Shown one piece after another: positions 11,349 to 23,500 of a stretch of DNA of 47,349 nt. This DNA comes from Paramecium tetraurelia. Lineage: Eukaryota. The stretch spans positions 248,001-295,349 of the forward strand of contig CT868001.1 of assembly GCA_000165425.1 (NCBI GenBank), written 5' to 3'. The position numbers and the translations under genes were made by a program. A model generated the notes under the pieces. It saw only the letters and a program-made list of their open reading frames with translations, had not been told where the DNA came from and made no database searches. Each line of letters opens with the position of its first letter. The first letter of the stretch is position 1.

Positions 11349-13041
11349 TCATAATGTCCACCCATCAGGTGTTCCAATTATGAAGTTGTAGCTGCTTGTT
11401 ACAGCATAAATTTTCCCTAAATGAATCAAACTACCATTCTGTATCTGGCCAATCTAAGGAGGATTTGTTAGATTCTCAATTGCAAATTATAAATTCTATT
11501 GATCCACCATCTTCAATAATTAATATTGTCCACCTCCAAATATTAAAACATTAGAATTATTTATAGCCACAATTCCAACTCCCCTGTTTATATTATGATT
11601 TAAGGATGTCCATTTTAATAGTTTAGTATCAAACACTTCTAATGGAGTTGATTTTATTATATATTGTCTAAATGCGCAAACTGACAAATTAGCACCTCCT
11701 TAATTCATTTTCGGTAGGGTCACTCTAGTTTCTAAAACTGATCTTGATTTATTTAATTATAATTCCAAACCCTCAATTGAAGTCAAATCTTCGCTCTAAT
11801 TTTACCCTCCAAGTACATATAATTTGTTTTGTAGGAATACTGGGGCTGAAGAATGTCGAGGATACTAAAGTTGATCAGTTGAAAGTAGAGTTTATTATTT
11901 AAAATCTATTCTAAAAATTTAGGAACTCAGCTAATTTCCAATATAGCCACCGATCACAAATATATCTCCTTATTGCGAACGCACAGAAGAACTTTTAATT
12001 GGAACTTAACAATTCAATCTGATTTCTTACCATCTTGGATTTTAAACCCATTCCAAATTTAAGAAAAATATGGATTTATCAGTAAAGTAATGTAGATATT
12101 TTTAACTACATAGTGGATCATAATAGTCTGGTAAATTTATTGTAAAATTGGATACTCCGACTTACTAAACTAGTTTATTTTATGAAATATATAATACATT
12201 GTTGTTCTAATCGTTTATATGGTGATTACTCTACCTTAGCTGTTTAAATATCGCTTGTTAAGTATGGATGATTATAGGCTGTGTTTTTTGGAATTGACGC
12301 AGAGGACTAAATTTATTAATTTTTGTAATATTCAGCATTCTTTATTGAGGCATATTAAGCCAATTATATTTTCAAAAAGTACAATTCTTATTCATCTATT
12401 TAGATATCTAATGTGTGTTTTGATACTTCTTCAATGAATGCCTCACATTCGACTCGTTATTATTGTGTTTATTGAAGGAAATTGGTTGTTTGCAATTAGA
12501 TGATTTGTTTGAGATATTTTGGAGTTCTTAGTTTTTAGTCAATCTATTAAAATTCCTGAATTTTTGAATTTAAAGATCTTTCCATTTATTATAATTCAAC
12601 ATCTAAATGTGTTCTATCAGTTTTAGTCACTTAATCAAGTTCGTTCAACAATTCATCAAAAAATTAATCAACCATTTGCTAAACACGCAATTTTGAGTTA
12701 TTCAGCTTTGTATGCAATTTTCCATGAGCATCTGTTTTTGAATCTTTGAATTATTATAATAACTAAATGGCTTAATTCAAATTTGTTAATTAAGCATTAA
12801 TCAATTGCAATGTCTCCTCATGCATTTCATCCACAGTGACTAAGTCTGCAAACTGTCCCTATTATCTATGTTTATCCAGATGCTAAGGGATACACTTTGG
12901 ACACAGTGGCATTAAGCAGCCAGGTTGTTTACAGAAATTAGTGATACTCTAGCCTTAATGTGTCATACATGGAGCTTACAACTGAAAATTTTAGGTGGAA
13001 CCCACTTCACTATGATTAGGAGAATTTTGAATATTGAACAT
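11349..13041 (-). CDS. B-box-type zinc finger, coiled coil and Kelch-repeat protein
   Basis: CMTHQGQSITNFCKQPGCLMPLCPKCIPQH, followed by a coiled coil, a Q/S/P linker and Kelch blades (IFVIGGYIG, LQYPRHSSAPVFLQNKLYVLGG, VLIFGGGQY). Ends GTPDGWTL-TGA. The length implies at least one small intron. Confidence 0.85.
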
Positions 13042-13049
13042 AAATATTA

Positions 13050-13565
13050 ATGTATAATTAAATAATTGAGCAGAAAGCTATTGAATCTCTGCTGAATATT
13101 TGTTATGACGATTAACCACAATATGACGATGATTATGAATGCGAAATCAAGAAAATATTGTAAAGAACAATCACCGAAAGATTGAAAAAATAGAAGACAG
13201 AAATGTCAACTAGATTAAATACTATCAGTTTTCGTACAACTTCGAAAACTCCTACTCAATTTAGATTCAAAACTGAAACCAGATCTTTAACCAAACCTGT
13301 GAGGCTCCCAGCAAGAGTCAAGAATTTTTAACTAATAACATAGAAGCCACCAGGAAAACCTACTGCTAAATCTTTACGGAATTTCAATCAGAAAAATTAA
13401 GTGCCACTAAAAGCATCAATTGTTTCCTTACAAAATTCCTCTGGATTTAGCATACTTAATCAGTCGGAATATCAACATCCTGTATTAGTAATTTAAAAGA
13501 AATCTCAGTATATTCCAAGGTTTGTGTTGAAATTACAAAAATCATAACTTCTAAACTCCAAATGA
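13050..13565 (+). CDS. Small basic hypothetical protein, 171 aa
   Basis: Uninterrupted code-6 ORF of 516 nt: MYNQIIEQKAIESLLNICYDDQPQYDDDYECEIKKIL...KSQLLNSK-TGA. Confidence 0.7.
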
Positions 13566-13824
13566 TTTATTTTTAATTATTCACTATTACACCAATTTTG
13601 TTCTTAGTTAAATATTATATAGATTGTTTAATTGATTATAAATTATTTCTTTAGAATGATTAACTATGAAAATCTCTTTTATCTGATCTTATATCACTCA
13701 GATAAATGGATCAAAATGATTATCAACGTGAAATTATAATAAAATGCATTAGTATTTTTTTTTATATGATATGAATTAGTTAGTTTTTATTGATATAAAT
13801 ATCATATTCAATTACAATATATCA

Positions 13825-16800
13825 TCAGGATGAGATTTTAAATAAGAGTTTCGTTTACCTCTCAAAAGCAGCATCCCCATAAATTACCACTTATGGGATT
13901 AAATATAAATATCTTCTAGCATAGTAAAATTGCTTGTACAAATAACGATTAATAAGTGCGAAAATAATTACTAAGGTAGTAATCATAAAAATTAAATAAA
14001 TAATGGAGATAATCTAAATATATAGATATTTTTACAAATAAACTATCCTAAACTAATTTAGCCTAAGATAAGAAGTCATCTTTAAAAGCTACATTTATTT
14101 GTTTTATTAATTCTGATAGAATAAACACTCCTTCTAATTCATTCACAGTGTTCTCAGTCTTATTGAGAAACTAGTTTATTTGTTTTTCATTGTTTATGCT
14201 AGAGTATACAAAAACTAAAGCTCCCTGCAACCCTTTTTATAGACTTCCACCTAAAGTTGAGAAGCATAAGTCCTTGCTTTTTGTCATTAAATCTTAAGAT
14301 AGCAGGTCGCACAGATTACTATTACTAAGATCTTCTAGGTATTAATAGAAGCTGTGACTAAGTAAGAACTCATCCCTAAAATTAAACATATAAATTACAT
14401 TTTTAATTAAGAAAAATACAGAGTGAAATTTTAGACTTGTTATAAGCATGCTTCAATTTAAAACGATATTTAAGATATTTCTTCATCTTTATAGAAGGGA
14501 TATCTCCATCTATAATAAAGCACCTCTCTCATAGCATATATGGTTGGAATATTTGTGCCAAGATACGACATCCCCAAATAAAATTCGCAGGTTGGTTAAT
14601 ATTTATTCAGATAATTCTTCATTACAAAATATTTTAACAAACCAAAAGATATAAGAATTATTGATTAAAATAACAGAACAATGTATTTATTTCCAATAGT
14701 CAATCTAATAGATTTTTCTTTTCCGTTTTATTTTATTGATGTCACATTTAAATGATTTTTATATTCTTCAATTTCATTTTCTTTCTGCTCTATTTTAAAT
14801 TAGAAAGGTTAAATTTATTCTGATTTATTATATATATCAATAAATTTATTGAGACGCCTTATTTCTTATTTTGTTACTTCTAAATCGCAGTAAAGAAGGA
14901 GAAGAAAAAACCTACTTAAGCATTACTCATTTTTATATAAGCAAAAAATTTCCAAAGCAAAAAATATCAATTATAAAATAATAAAAGGATAAAATAAAGT
15001 TAACTCTTTATCTAAATCTAATTAAATTCTTAGACTAGCTTGTAAAAATAATTGTTAATTTAATTCGTCAAAAGCATTGTATAAAGTTAAGAGATTTCTA
15101 TAAGAATAAAATATATAGGGTGAGTCTGAGACAGTTTTACCATCATATTTATAGGCTGCTTTAAATGTGTATTAATAATTGATTAGTACGCTTAATGACT
15201 ATCTCATCGTGATATTATACAGTTCTCCAACGTCAGTCTTAACATAAATATAAAAATCATAATATTCAGCCAAAAAATCCTAAATAGTCAATCTATTTAA
15301 AATAGCGGCTTAATTTTATTAAACATCATCAAAACCTAGATTTAAATTTGAATTTGGAAACACTAAATATCTATCTAATTAACTCTTTGTGATTAATTTT
15401 GCCGTAAATTATGCATTGTAATTGATAATAGTATATCTTGTTACAATAAATGATTCAACTGGTTAAAATAAATAATATTTTATCTAAAGTAAATCGATAT
15501 CCACATTATTTTACTCTAATACATTAAGGCTTGTAATCAAGGAGATGAGAATTTAATTTAGGAATAAAATTTGGTTAAATATTAAGACTATGATTAATAA
15601 CCTACTAAATTTACTAATAGTGTTATTATGTCTTATTTTTTCAAAAATTCCATATTTTGCTATATTTTTAACAAAATACAATTATTTTTTATTTTCTTCC
15701 TCTATCGAACAACTTTCAATTTCCTCTTCTCCATATATATCTTATTAACTTTAAAAGATGTTTTAGTAAGTAGTTGGTCTTATCATTGTTTATAGATTCT
15801 TTCTTCTAGTTTAAAATTCACCTTCTTGATCAAAATCTATCAACGCCAATGTTTGATGATCTCTGCCTGATAACAGTACTTCATCTTTAACAGCACAAAA
15901 GCCATCCTATTTTTCAAGTAAATAATCTTATGAATCGTAGGGAGAGATTACTTTAACTTATTCATCCATATCATCCTTATCATGCACTGCTATTTAAGCA
16001 TATGTTTTTATGGTTAAATTACGAAAAGGAACTTTGACTTAGTTTTTTATGTAATTAAAAATAACTTTGTAAAAACCATATTTTGATTTTATTATATTAC
16101 AATGGGAAATATAAGTGTCTAATTTTGATTTATCCATCCAAAGTTCATTCATTACCATTGATTATAGTTTGCTATTGTAATTTCTTGAAATAAAATCTAG
16201 ATATTTTTGAAGTTGAAACCCTCTCAAAAATTTAAGTTCTAAATACTAAACTTAATCATTTTGAGAAAGCTCTGTAAAATCTGGAATTACATATCCTATT
16301 TTAATTCCATGAAAATGTTCGCATAAATCATGACTAATCTCAAGCGAATCAAAAAATCCTCTACTAAACCCAACAATACAAAGATTTGCATCTACTATCA
16401 AGGCAATTTAATCTTCATTGGGAACATTTGCAATTGTAATTGAATTGATATGGCTATTTTCGATAAAAACATCATTTATAATAGTAATTGGATTTACAAA
16501 ATCATCATTCTAATAAAATGTTGATGTTGTTTCCTAAAAAAATTTAGATTCTCCAGTTCTTAAAAATGTTATTATCATTTCTTCATGATATTCTTTTATC
16601 CCTTTTGGAACGATATCTTCTAAGTTAGAAATAGGATATTTCATGATGCTCTTGTAATTTGATGAAACTCTAAGGACTTTTCTATTTTCTAAATTAGTAA
16701 TTAAATAAATGGTCTTGATTGAATAAAAATCTAATGTCAGAGACAAGATTTTTGTATAAATTGCTTCATCATTAAACGAGGTCAAATTTGTAACTCTTAA

Positions 16801-18373
16801 GGCTTGCAAAAAGTCATTACAAAGTTCTGCATATGCAAATATCAGATATCTTTAATATCTTTTCAAAGGAAATTGTTTATATAGTACTTCAATTTCATTT
16901 ATAATTTTTTCAAATTTTTAGATACAATGATTTACTTATTTTTCAAGCTTGGATCTCTTAATCTCATTTTAATTAACAAGTGATAAAAATTTTATCTTAT
17001 TTTAGCAATCTCTAATTAACTAATTACTTAACTCCTCGCTTTTATTTTCCACTTTAATAAAATTGTCTATATCAAGGTTAAATGCTTTATTATGTATCAT
17101 TTGGCTAGATATGGTCATTTATTATTTTAACTCAAACTTGCATTTTAAAGTGCAAATATCAAACTTCATTTGTTATATCAAGGATGTAGACTTATTTTAC
17201 TTAATAATATATTCATATGCTCCAAAATAGTCTTCAAAAAGTAGAAATAGAGAAAAGTGCTGTTGAGAATCCTAAAATCTTGATAATAATTACTTAGATC
17301 TTGATTTTTTCCAAAAAATTAGAATAGCTTTTAGCATTACTTCTTTTTTTTATTATCTCACTAAATTTGAAAAGCTTTTAGTTCAAATTTCGTCTATAGT
17401 AAACTACTTTGATACTTGCATCATCGCTTTAATTTTAGTAGAATATATGAATAATTTTATTTTGATAATTTTCCCAAACTAATGAAACTATAAACTAATT
17501 CACAAAAAAGTGATGTGAAATTCTAATCCAGAATGGCCATAATAGAATAAATAACATTTAAGGACTACGGTTTTCTACATTCTAAAACTAAGTTATTAGA
17601 ATTCCAAAACAGTAAAACACTGAATTCAAAAAAGTGGGCAATTGTAATTTTAAAAGGCCTAAGTTTGTCTATGGGAGATAAGTTATAATGTTGGCTATAT
17701 TTAAAGAACAAATTATTATTGATATGGCGACTTACAGCAATAGCAAAAACCTACTTTCGTAATTTTACGCATACAAAAATATTTGTATTAGATTTAAAAT
17801 TTGGATGCAATAGTAATAAAATGATTAATTCTAATGGTTGAAAGTGTGATATTTAAACATTATACTTACTTTTGTAAACATAATTCTATATATTAATATG
17901 CAGCAGTAAATGCTTGCTAAAAAATAAGAGTAAGCGTGTTCTTGCAATAATATCACTTCGACAATAATATTAAAAAGCCAAACATCAAATATTTAATTCA
18001 TTAAAAACACTGTCTTGCTGATGGGAGAAAATTTATCATTCAATTTAATCAACTATTAAGTATTTGATCCTTACAGTCCGATGTTAATAAAGGATATTAT
18101 AACTCCAAAATAAAAAATGTACAACAATAATATCTAGGTTGTTTCTTAATGATTGAAAAATAAATATGGTCTAACCAACTTTGCTATAAAAATAAAGGAC
18201 TCATCTCCAAAAAATATTCTTTTATTCGGAACCACTGCATATGAAAAAGGAAGCAATGCTCCTAGTAAGCCAAAAAAATAAATAAATTACTGACTTACTT
18301 CATACTCTTACTCAGTTGTGATCGAATTGCTAATTAGTCGAAAAACAAATTTACCAAAAACTTCCTTAAACAT
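13825..18373 (-). CDS. Large multi-pass membrane protein with a central PAS-like domain (ciliate-expanded family)
   Basis: N-terminal TM cluster, a helical region, PAS-like VLRVSSNY...LEDIVPKGIKEYHEEMIITFLRTGESKF...NDDFVNPI, further TM segments, and a typical tail RYLYLIPQVVIYGDAAFERQ before TGA at 13825. The start at 18373 (MFKEVFGKFVFRL) is a best guess. Confidence 0.75.
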
Positions 18374-19360
18374 TTTATTTATAATAGAGAAAAATGAAAA
18401 GTAATACAATTTATAGAGTTAATATTTAAATATTGCTTTGGCCATCCCGTATTAATTTTGAAAATCTTAACAGCTTTAAAATTATCAATCCTCATAATAT
18501 AATTTCGAAATTGCAAATTGCACTCAACTATAAAGAAATTAAAGACATTTTTTAATAAATTTCATTGAAATAAGATTTTAAATTACTGTCATTTTAATCA
18601 AATATTGTTAATAATTGTAATAACAATGTAGATTAATCTTTCAAATCGTTATTAAGAATCAAAGCCCAACAAACATCAAAATTTATAGTGATTAATTAGC
18701 TATTTTTACTCATATACATAACTTGTTTCTTAAAATGATTAAATCTGCGTGCAATAACTTTGTTAGGGTATTTCTTGAGTTTCTCTATTGTTAAAACAAT
18801 TTTAGAGATTGATTGTATAAAACTGCAAAAGATTAATATTATTAATAATAATTGCCCATTTTAAAACCCATTGGGATAAATAAAGAAATAAACAAGCACT
18901 TAATATCCTTAGTTTACCATTCTAAAAATAGCACACTGGATAATTAAAATTACTCTATTAAGGAAATACCTGTTATTCGTATTCTTGAACCAAAATTATA
19001 AGTAATTTTGTAAAATGAAAATTAAAAATCCATCATTTAGATTTTTCTTAAATACATTACTTTTATTTTATTGCTTTGATAGAGAAAGAGAAATATAAAT
19101 AAAATAAAATATTTTTGTTCTCCAATTTTATAAAATTAACCATAGAATAAGTACCCTTTCTTTTTTTGAAAATTTAAATTAAAGATTATCTTATGATTAG
19201 ACTTAGACAAAGAAATTATACTTGAAGAATCAAGGATAGTCTGTATAATTAATTTAAACGATATTTAATTTCTTAGATATATTAACCCGTTAAAAATTAT
19301 AACTAATATTCATATTAATTATTTATTAATATTGATGAGTTCTGATTCTTTTGATAATTT

Positions 19361-19656
19361 ATGTAATTAATCCAGGAATAAAATATTGCTTGTGAGTAAC
19401 ATTGTGGTTAAAATAACAAACAGTTAGTTGATTTATTAGGAAACTTAGACAATAATTTAAAGCACTTAAAAATGTAAATTGAGTAACCAATAATTAACAT
19501 CATCAAACTTTATCGAAAGTGGAAGAGGTGGAGAATGAGGATCAGGAATAGTCATAATTTTAAGTATTATAGGAAGACAAGGAGGAATTGCAATTGCAAT
19601 TGAATTAGTAATAAGAACAAGATTAAATTGTTATATAAGATCAAATAAATGATGAA
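19361..19656 (+). pseudogene. Short coiled-coil/acidic gene fragment with a frame break
   Basis: MQLIQEQNIACEQHCGQNNKQLVDLLGNLDNNLKHLKMQIE is in one frame and SKVEEVENEDQEQSQFQVLQEDKEELQLQL...NDE-TGA is in another, with no clear intron joining them. Confidence 0.3.
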
Positions 19657-19683
19657 TGATTGATAATTTAATTATTTATAACT

Positions 19684-20533
19684 TCAGTTATTTTCTAATT
19701 AATACGAATAGGATATCACCAAAGATTTGGCCATTAGTTCCTAATTTTTAAATACTGCAGGCATTAATATTATACACTCTTCTTTGTTCTTAATGAATCC
19801 ATCAATTGGGTCATGTTTTTATTGATTAAAAGTTATCTTCTACCCAATAGATTAGATATCAAATGTTAAAACAGGATCGCTAATGTAACAGTTAAACATA
19901 ATTTCTGATAATTTACTGAAGAAAGCCTCTATCAAATCATTACTATTTAATTTTAGGTATTTTTATAATTCTATACTGATAGATGTGTAATTTCGCATAC
20001 ATTTTTCATATACCTGTTTGTAATTTCCTTAAAAAGATTTCCTCATCACATTCAATATTGGTCCATCTATGTTAGTGAAACATCCCACCTAAACTTATCG
20101 TTTATAATATTACCTCCATTATATTTTTGAATAGTGGTGTAAAGTATTCTTGAATTATTTTATCTATCCGAATCATAGAAGCAGAAAAAAAATAAATAAT
20201 GCCTTTGAGATTTAATTCTTAAGTCAACACATCGAAAAATATATCAAAACATTCGCATTTATAAAATTCCGCAATAGAATTACTTAATTCATTTGCCATA
20301 GGAAATTATATACTTGTGTTTGAAAACCCAGATACCATGCATCTTAGATGAGATTGCATTTATAGGATCTCATGCTATAGATTCTAATTTTCTTTAGTCA
20401 AATTCTCCTTCTCTTTCTTAGTTAATTGCAATTTATTCATTAATAGTTTTATTTTTCCTTTCAATTCTTCCTATGTTCCGTCTAAATAATCTGAAGGTTT
20501 TTAGTAATTTTCTTTGGCACAATTATTCTTCAT
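19684..20533 (-). CDS. Coiled-coil protein with a MIEAP/SPATA18-like C-terminal domain, 274 aa
   Basis: ORF of 850 nt minus a 25-nt intron (20089-20113). N-terminal heptads, then FPMANELSNSIAEFYKCECFD, and a C-terminal LIEAFFSKLSEIMFNCYISDPVLTF...FNQQKHD...CIILMPAVFKNQELMAKSLV. This parallels the MIEAP pattern as I recall it (F..E...IAFAM...EPPL...FN..KY...VWPAL.EN..IMKG.V). Confidence 0.75.
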
Positions 20534-20605
20534 ATTATAAATTATGCTGTTACAACATTTATTTTTTATATTTTAAATTTAAATCATAATTTGCAGTTAA
20601 TAAAA

Positions 20606-22431
20606 ATGGCTTTATTAAAAGACGATACTGCATTTACTCATGTAATTGCAATAGATTTTGGGACTGGAGCATCAGGGTATAATATTAGAGGAATTATTTT
20701 AGATTCGGATTAGCTCCAAGAATTCTAGATAAAGAAGGCAAACCAAGAATTGAGGTTTTCAATCCATGCGATGATACAGATGATCAAAAAACACCAACTG
20801 CAATTCTATTTGATAATAATGGTTAATTTATTGAATTTGGATCTCAAGCACTTTAAAAATATGCAAGCATGCTTGATGATGGTGAAACAGCCTATTTGTT
20901 TTAAAATGTAAAAAATAATTATAAAATTCTTAGTATAAAATGCATTTGTATCATATGCATAATCAAGCTAGGTCATTGGATAATCGAGAACTATCATTAA
21001 TGTTAATAATAAGGGAAACATTAAAATATATAAGCAGCAAAGCAATATAGAAATTGAAGGAATAGGTTGGAAAAGTGATACCTACAAAAATCAGATGGGT
21101 ATTAACAGTTCCAGCTTTGTGGAGTGAAGAACATAAATAATTTATGAGAAAGGCAGCTGTCGAAGCAGGCATAGTTGATCATATAAATTCTCCAAATTTA
21201 TTACTATGTTTGGAACCAGAAGGTGCATCTATTCAATGTAGAGAGGATGCCGAATAAACACTAAAGGAATAAATGGCAAAGAACTCTGTCGTGATGGTTT
21301 TAGATTGCGGAGGTGGTACGGTTGATATAACAGTTCATAAATTATTATGCGAGCCAAATGAAAAATTTTTATGTAATGAATTAATACCATCCTCTGGGGG
21401 CTGTGAATGGGGATCCAAATACGTTGATCTCTATTTTGAGGAATTTTTGAAGGAGTTTTTGGGTGATAAATTATTTACATCATACTAATTAAATGCTATA
21501 GCTCGTTTAGATATTTTAAGAGACTTTGAAATACTGAAAAGGAAATTTAAAGGGAATAAGGATGAAAAATGTATGATCAAATTCTCTTATTTGGGAGAAG
21601 AATTAAACACAAATAAATTGTAACTATTAGTTAAAGAACACAATCAAAAACATCCTCCAGAATATCAAGTTAAATTAAAAGGACTGTCAAATGTTGAAAT
21701 TCCATCAGCTTTGATGGCTTCATTCTTTTAGACACTTTTTGAAAATATTAAAAATAAAGTTGCTTAATTATTACTCTAAGTGGAATAGAAAAAGGAAAAG
21801 GTAAACTTTATTTTTATGGTTGGAGGTTTTAGCGAATCTCCTTTTTTGAAGTAAGAAATTATTAAAAGATTCGAAAATAATACAATTTAGATTCTAGTAC
21901 CAAGAAGGCCTTAAGTCTCAGTCATAAGAGGAGCTTGCTTATTTGGTTTAAGTCCAAGATCCATCACAAGTAGAATAGCTAAGAAAACTTATGGAATTAA
22001 CACATTAACAACTTTTGATCCTGAAAGACATCCTATAAAAAAAAAAGTAATTATAGAAGGAGAAGAATTTAGTGAAGATGTATTTGATGCATTTGTTCGG
22101 AAAGGAGATGCTGTTGGGTATAATTATAATATTAAAATTTAGTTGCGATGAAGTTCATACTAAAATATATTGTCCAGTCAGATCTAGATAGACCATAATG
22201 AGAATTATCTTTTATGTAACTGAGAAAAGGGAAGTGGAGTTTGTAGATCAATAAGATGTTCAATAATTAGGGGAATTGTGCATAGATATTGGAAAACCAT
22301 TATAGTCTGTAGAGGATAAGACTGTAAAAGTTACTCTGCTATTTGGAACAACCTGTATTTATGCTACTGCCACTAATAAAGATGGAACTGAAATAAAAAA
22401 CTGCGAGTTCAAATTCGAATGTGGGTAATGA
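20606..22431 (+). CDS. Atypical Hsp70 of the HSPA12 family, 582 aa
   Basis: [94 protein letters not shown] and SRIAKKTYGI; no helical lid or EEVD. Introns at 20677-20702, 20908-20933 and 22118-22142. Confidence 0.92.
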
Positions 22432-22672
22432 TCATTTTAATTAATAATTAAATTATAATCATTTTCTAAGTTTTAATAATATAAATTAAAAAACAAAAAT
22501 ATATTGTCTTAATCTCAACCATTTTCAATTAATAATTTCAATAAATATATTACATATTTAATTGAACTATCATTTTCTGTAAAAAAATTAATAAAATTTC
22601 TCATCAAAGTAATCAAAGTAGAAGTCAAAATTTTCCTTATTATATTAAATTGAGGATTTCACTTCGTATAAA

Positions 22673-23500
22673 ATGGAGAACACTTCAATTAAAGCCAAAG
22701 AAAAGCCTGTTAACAAGGGCCACGCTAAATAATAGGAACCTGAAAATGTAATATTAAAAGGAAGGGGGTTTAGCTTAATGATAAGAGTAGTTGTAAATAG
22801 TATGCTCTTGGATGGATAATGCATGAATAAAGAAGAAGATGAAATTTAATTCTAAATAAGAGACTTTATCATAAGATGAAGAAATAAGTAAATTTATTGA
22901 CTTCGCAAAAGCGTATAATACAATTGATAGATAAAGAATATAGTAAAAGAATTATAGGTTCTCACTGATAAAGATGTAGAATATTTAGAAATTATTGCTG
23001 AATAGAAAAGTGTTCATAATATATAAATTAAGATTGAATCACAAAAATTTATGAAAACTAACTTCGAATAGATTATTAAAATATGTTATGAAATTAATAT
23101 CGTAAAAAATATGAAAAAGCTATTAAAAGCTAGACTAATGGAGCGATTGATGAATTATTAAATGTTCAAGAGTTAATAGTTATGTTCTTAATTAGAACAC
23201 TTCCTTAAGAGTATTAAAATAAAAATAAACTAGTATTTGTGAAATAGCAATTCGTAAGTATGTAATTTTCAATTCTTAAAGAATTCTGAGAAAAATAAGT
23301 TCAAAAAAATTGTATTTTCAACACTTGGATCAAATATTGATAATTTTTCAGATTTAAATTCAGTAAATCATCCCCTTGAATGGATAATGATACTGGGCTA
23401 CTTTGATTTGAATAAAATTGAGCATCAATAATCTGGAAATTGTTCGGTTAAGCACTCTTTAAAATTTCAAAAACCACTCAAAGAGAATTTAAAATTTATG
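22673..23500 (+). mobile_element. Degenerate non-LTR retroelement remnant (RT motif fragment)
   Basis: FIDFAKAYNTIDR at 22893-22931 matches the LINE RT motif F(I/V)DF.KA(F/Y)D.(V/I)DR. Surrounding frames are broken by TGA and indels. A weak endonuclease-like WIMILGYFDL lies near 23380-23410. Boundaries are approximate. Confidence 0.5.

Noticed and set aside
18400..19330. Long spacer that might hide a gene
   Set aside because: I found no sustained code-6 ORF or recognisable motif on either strand.
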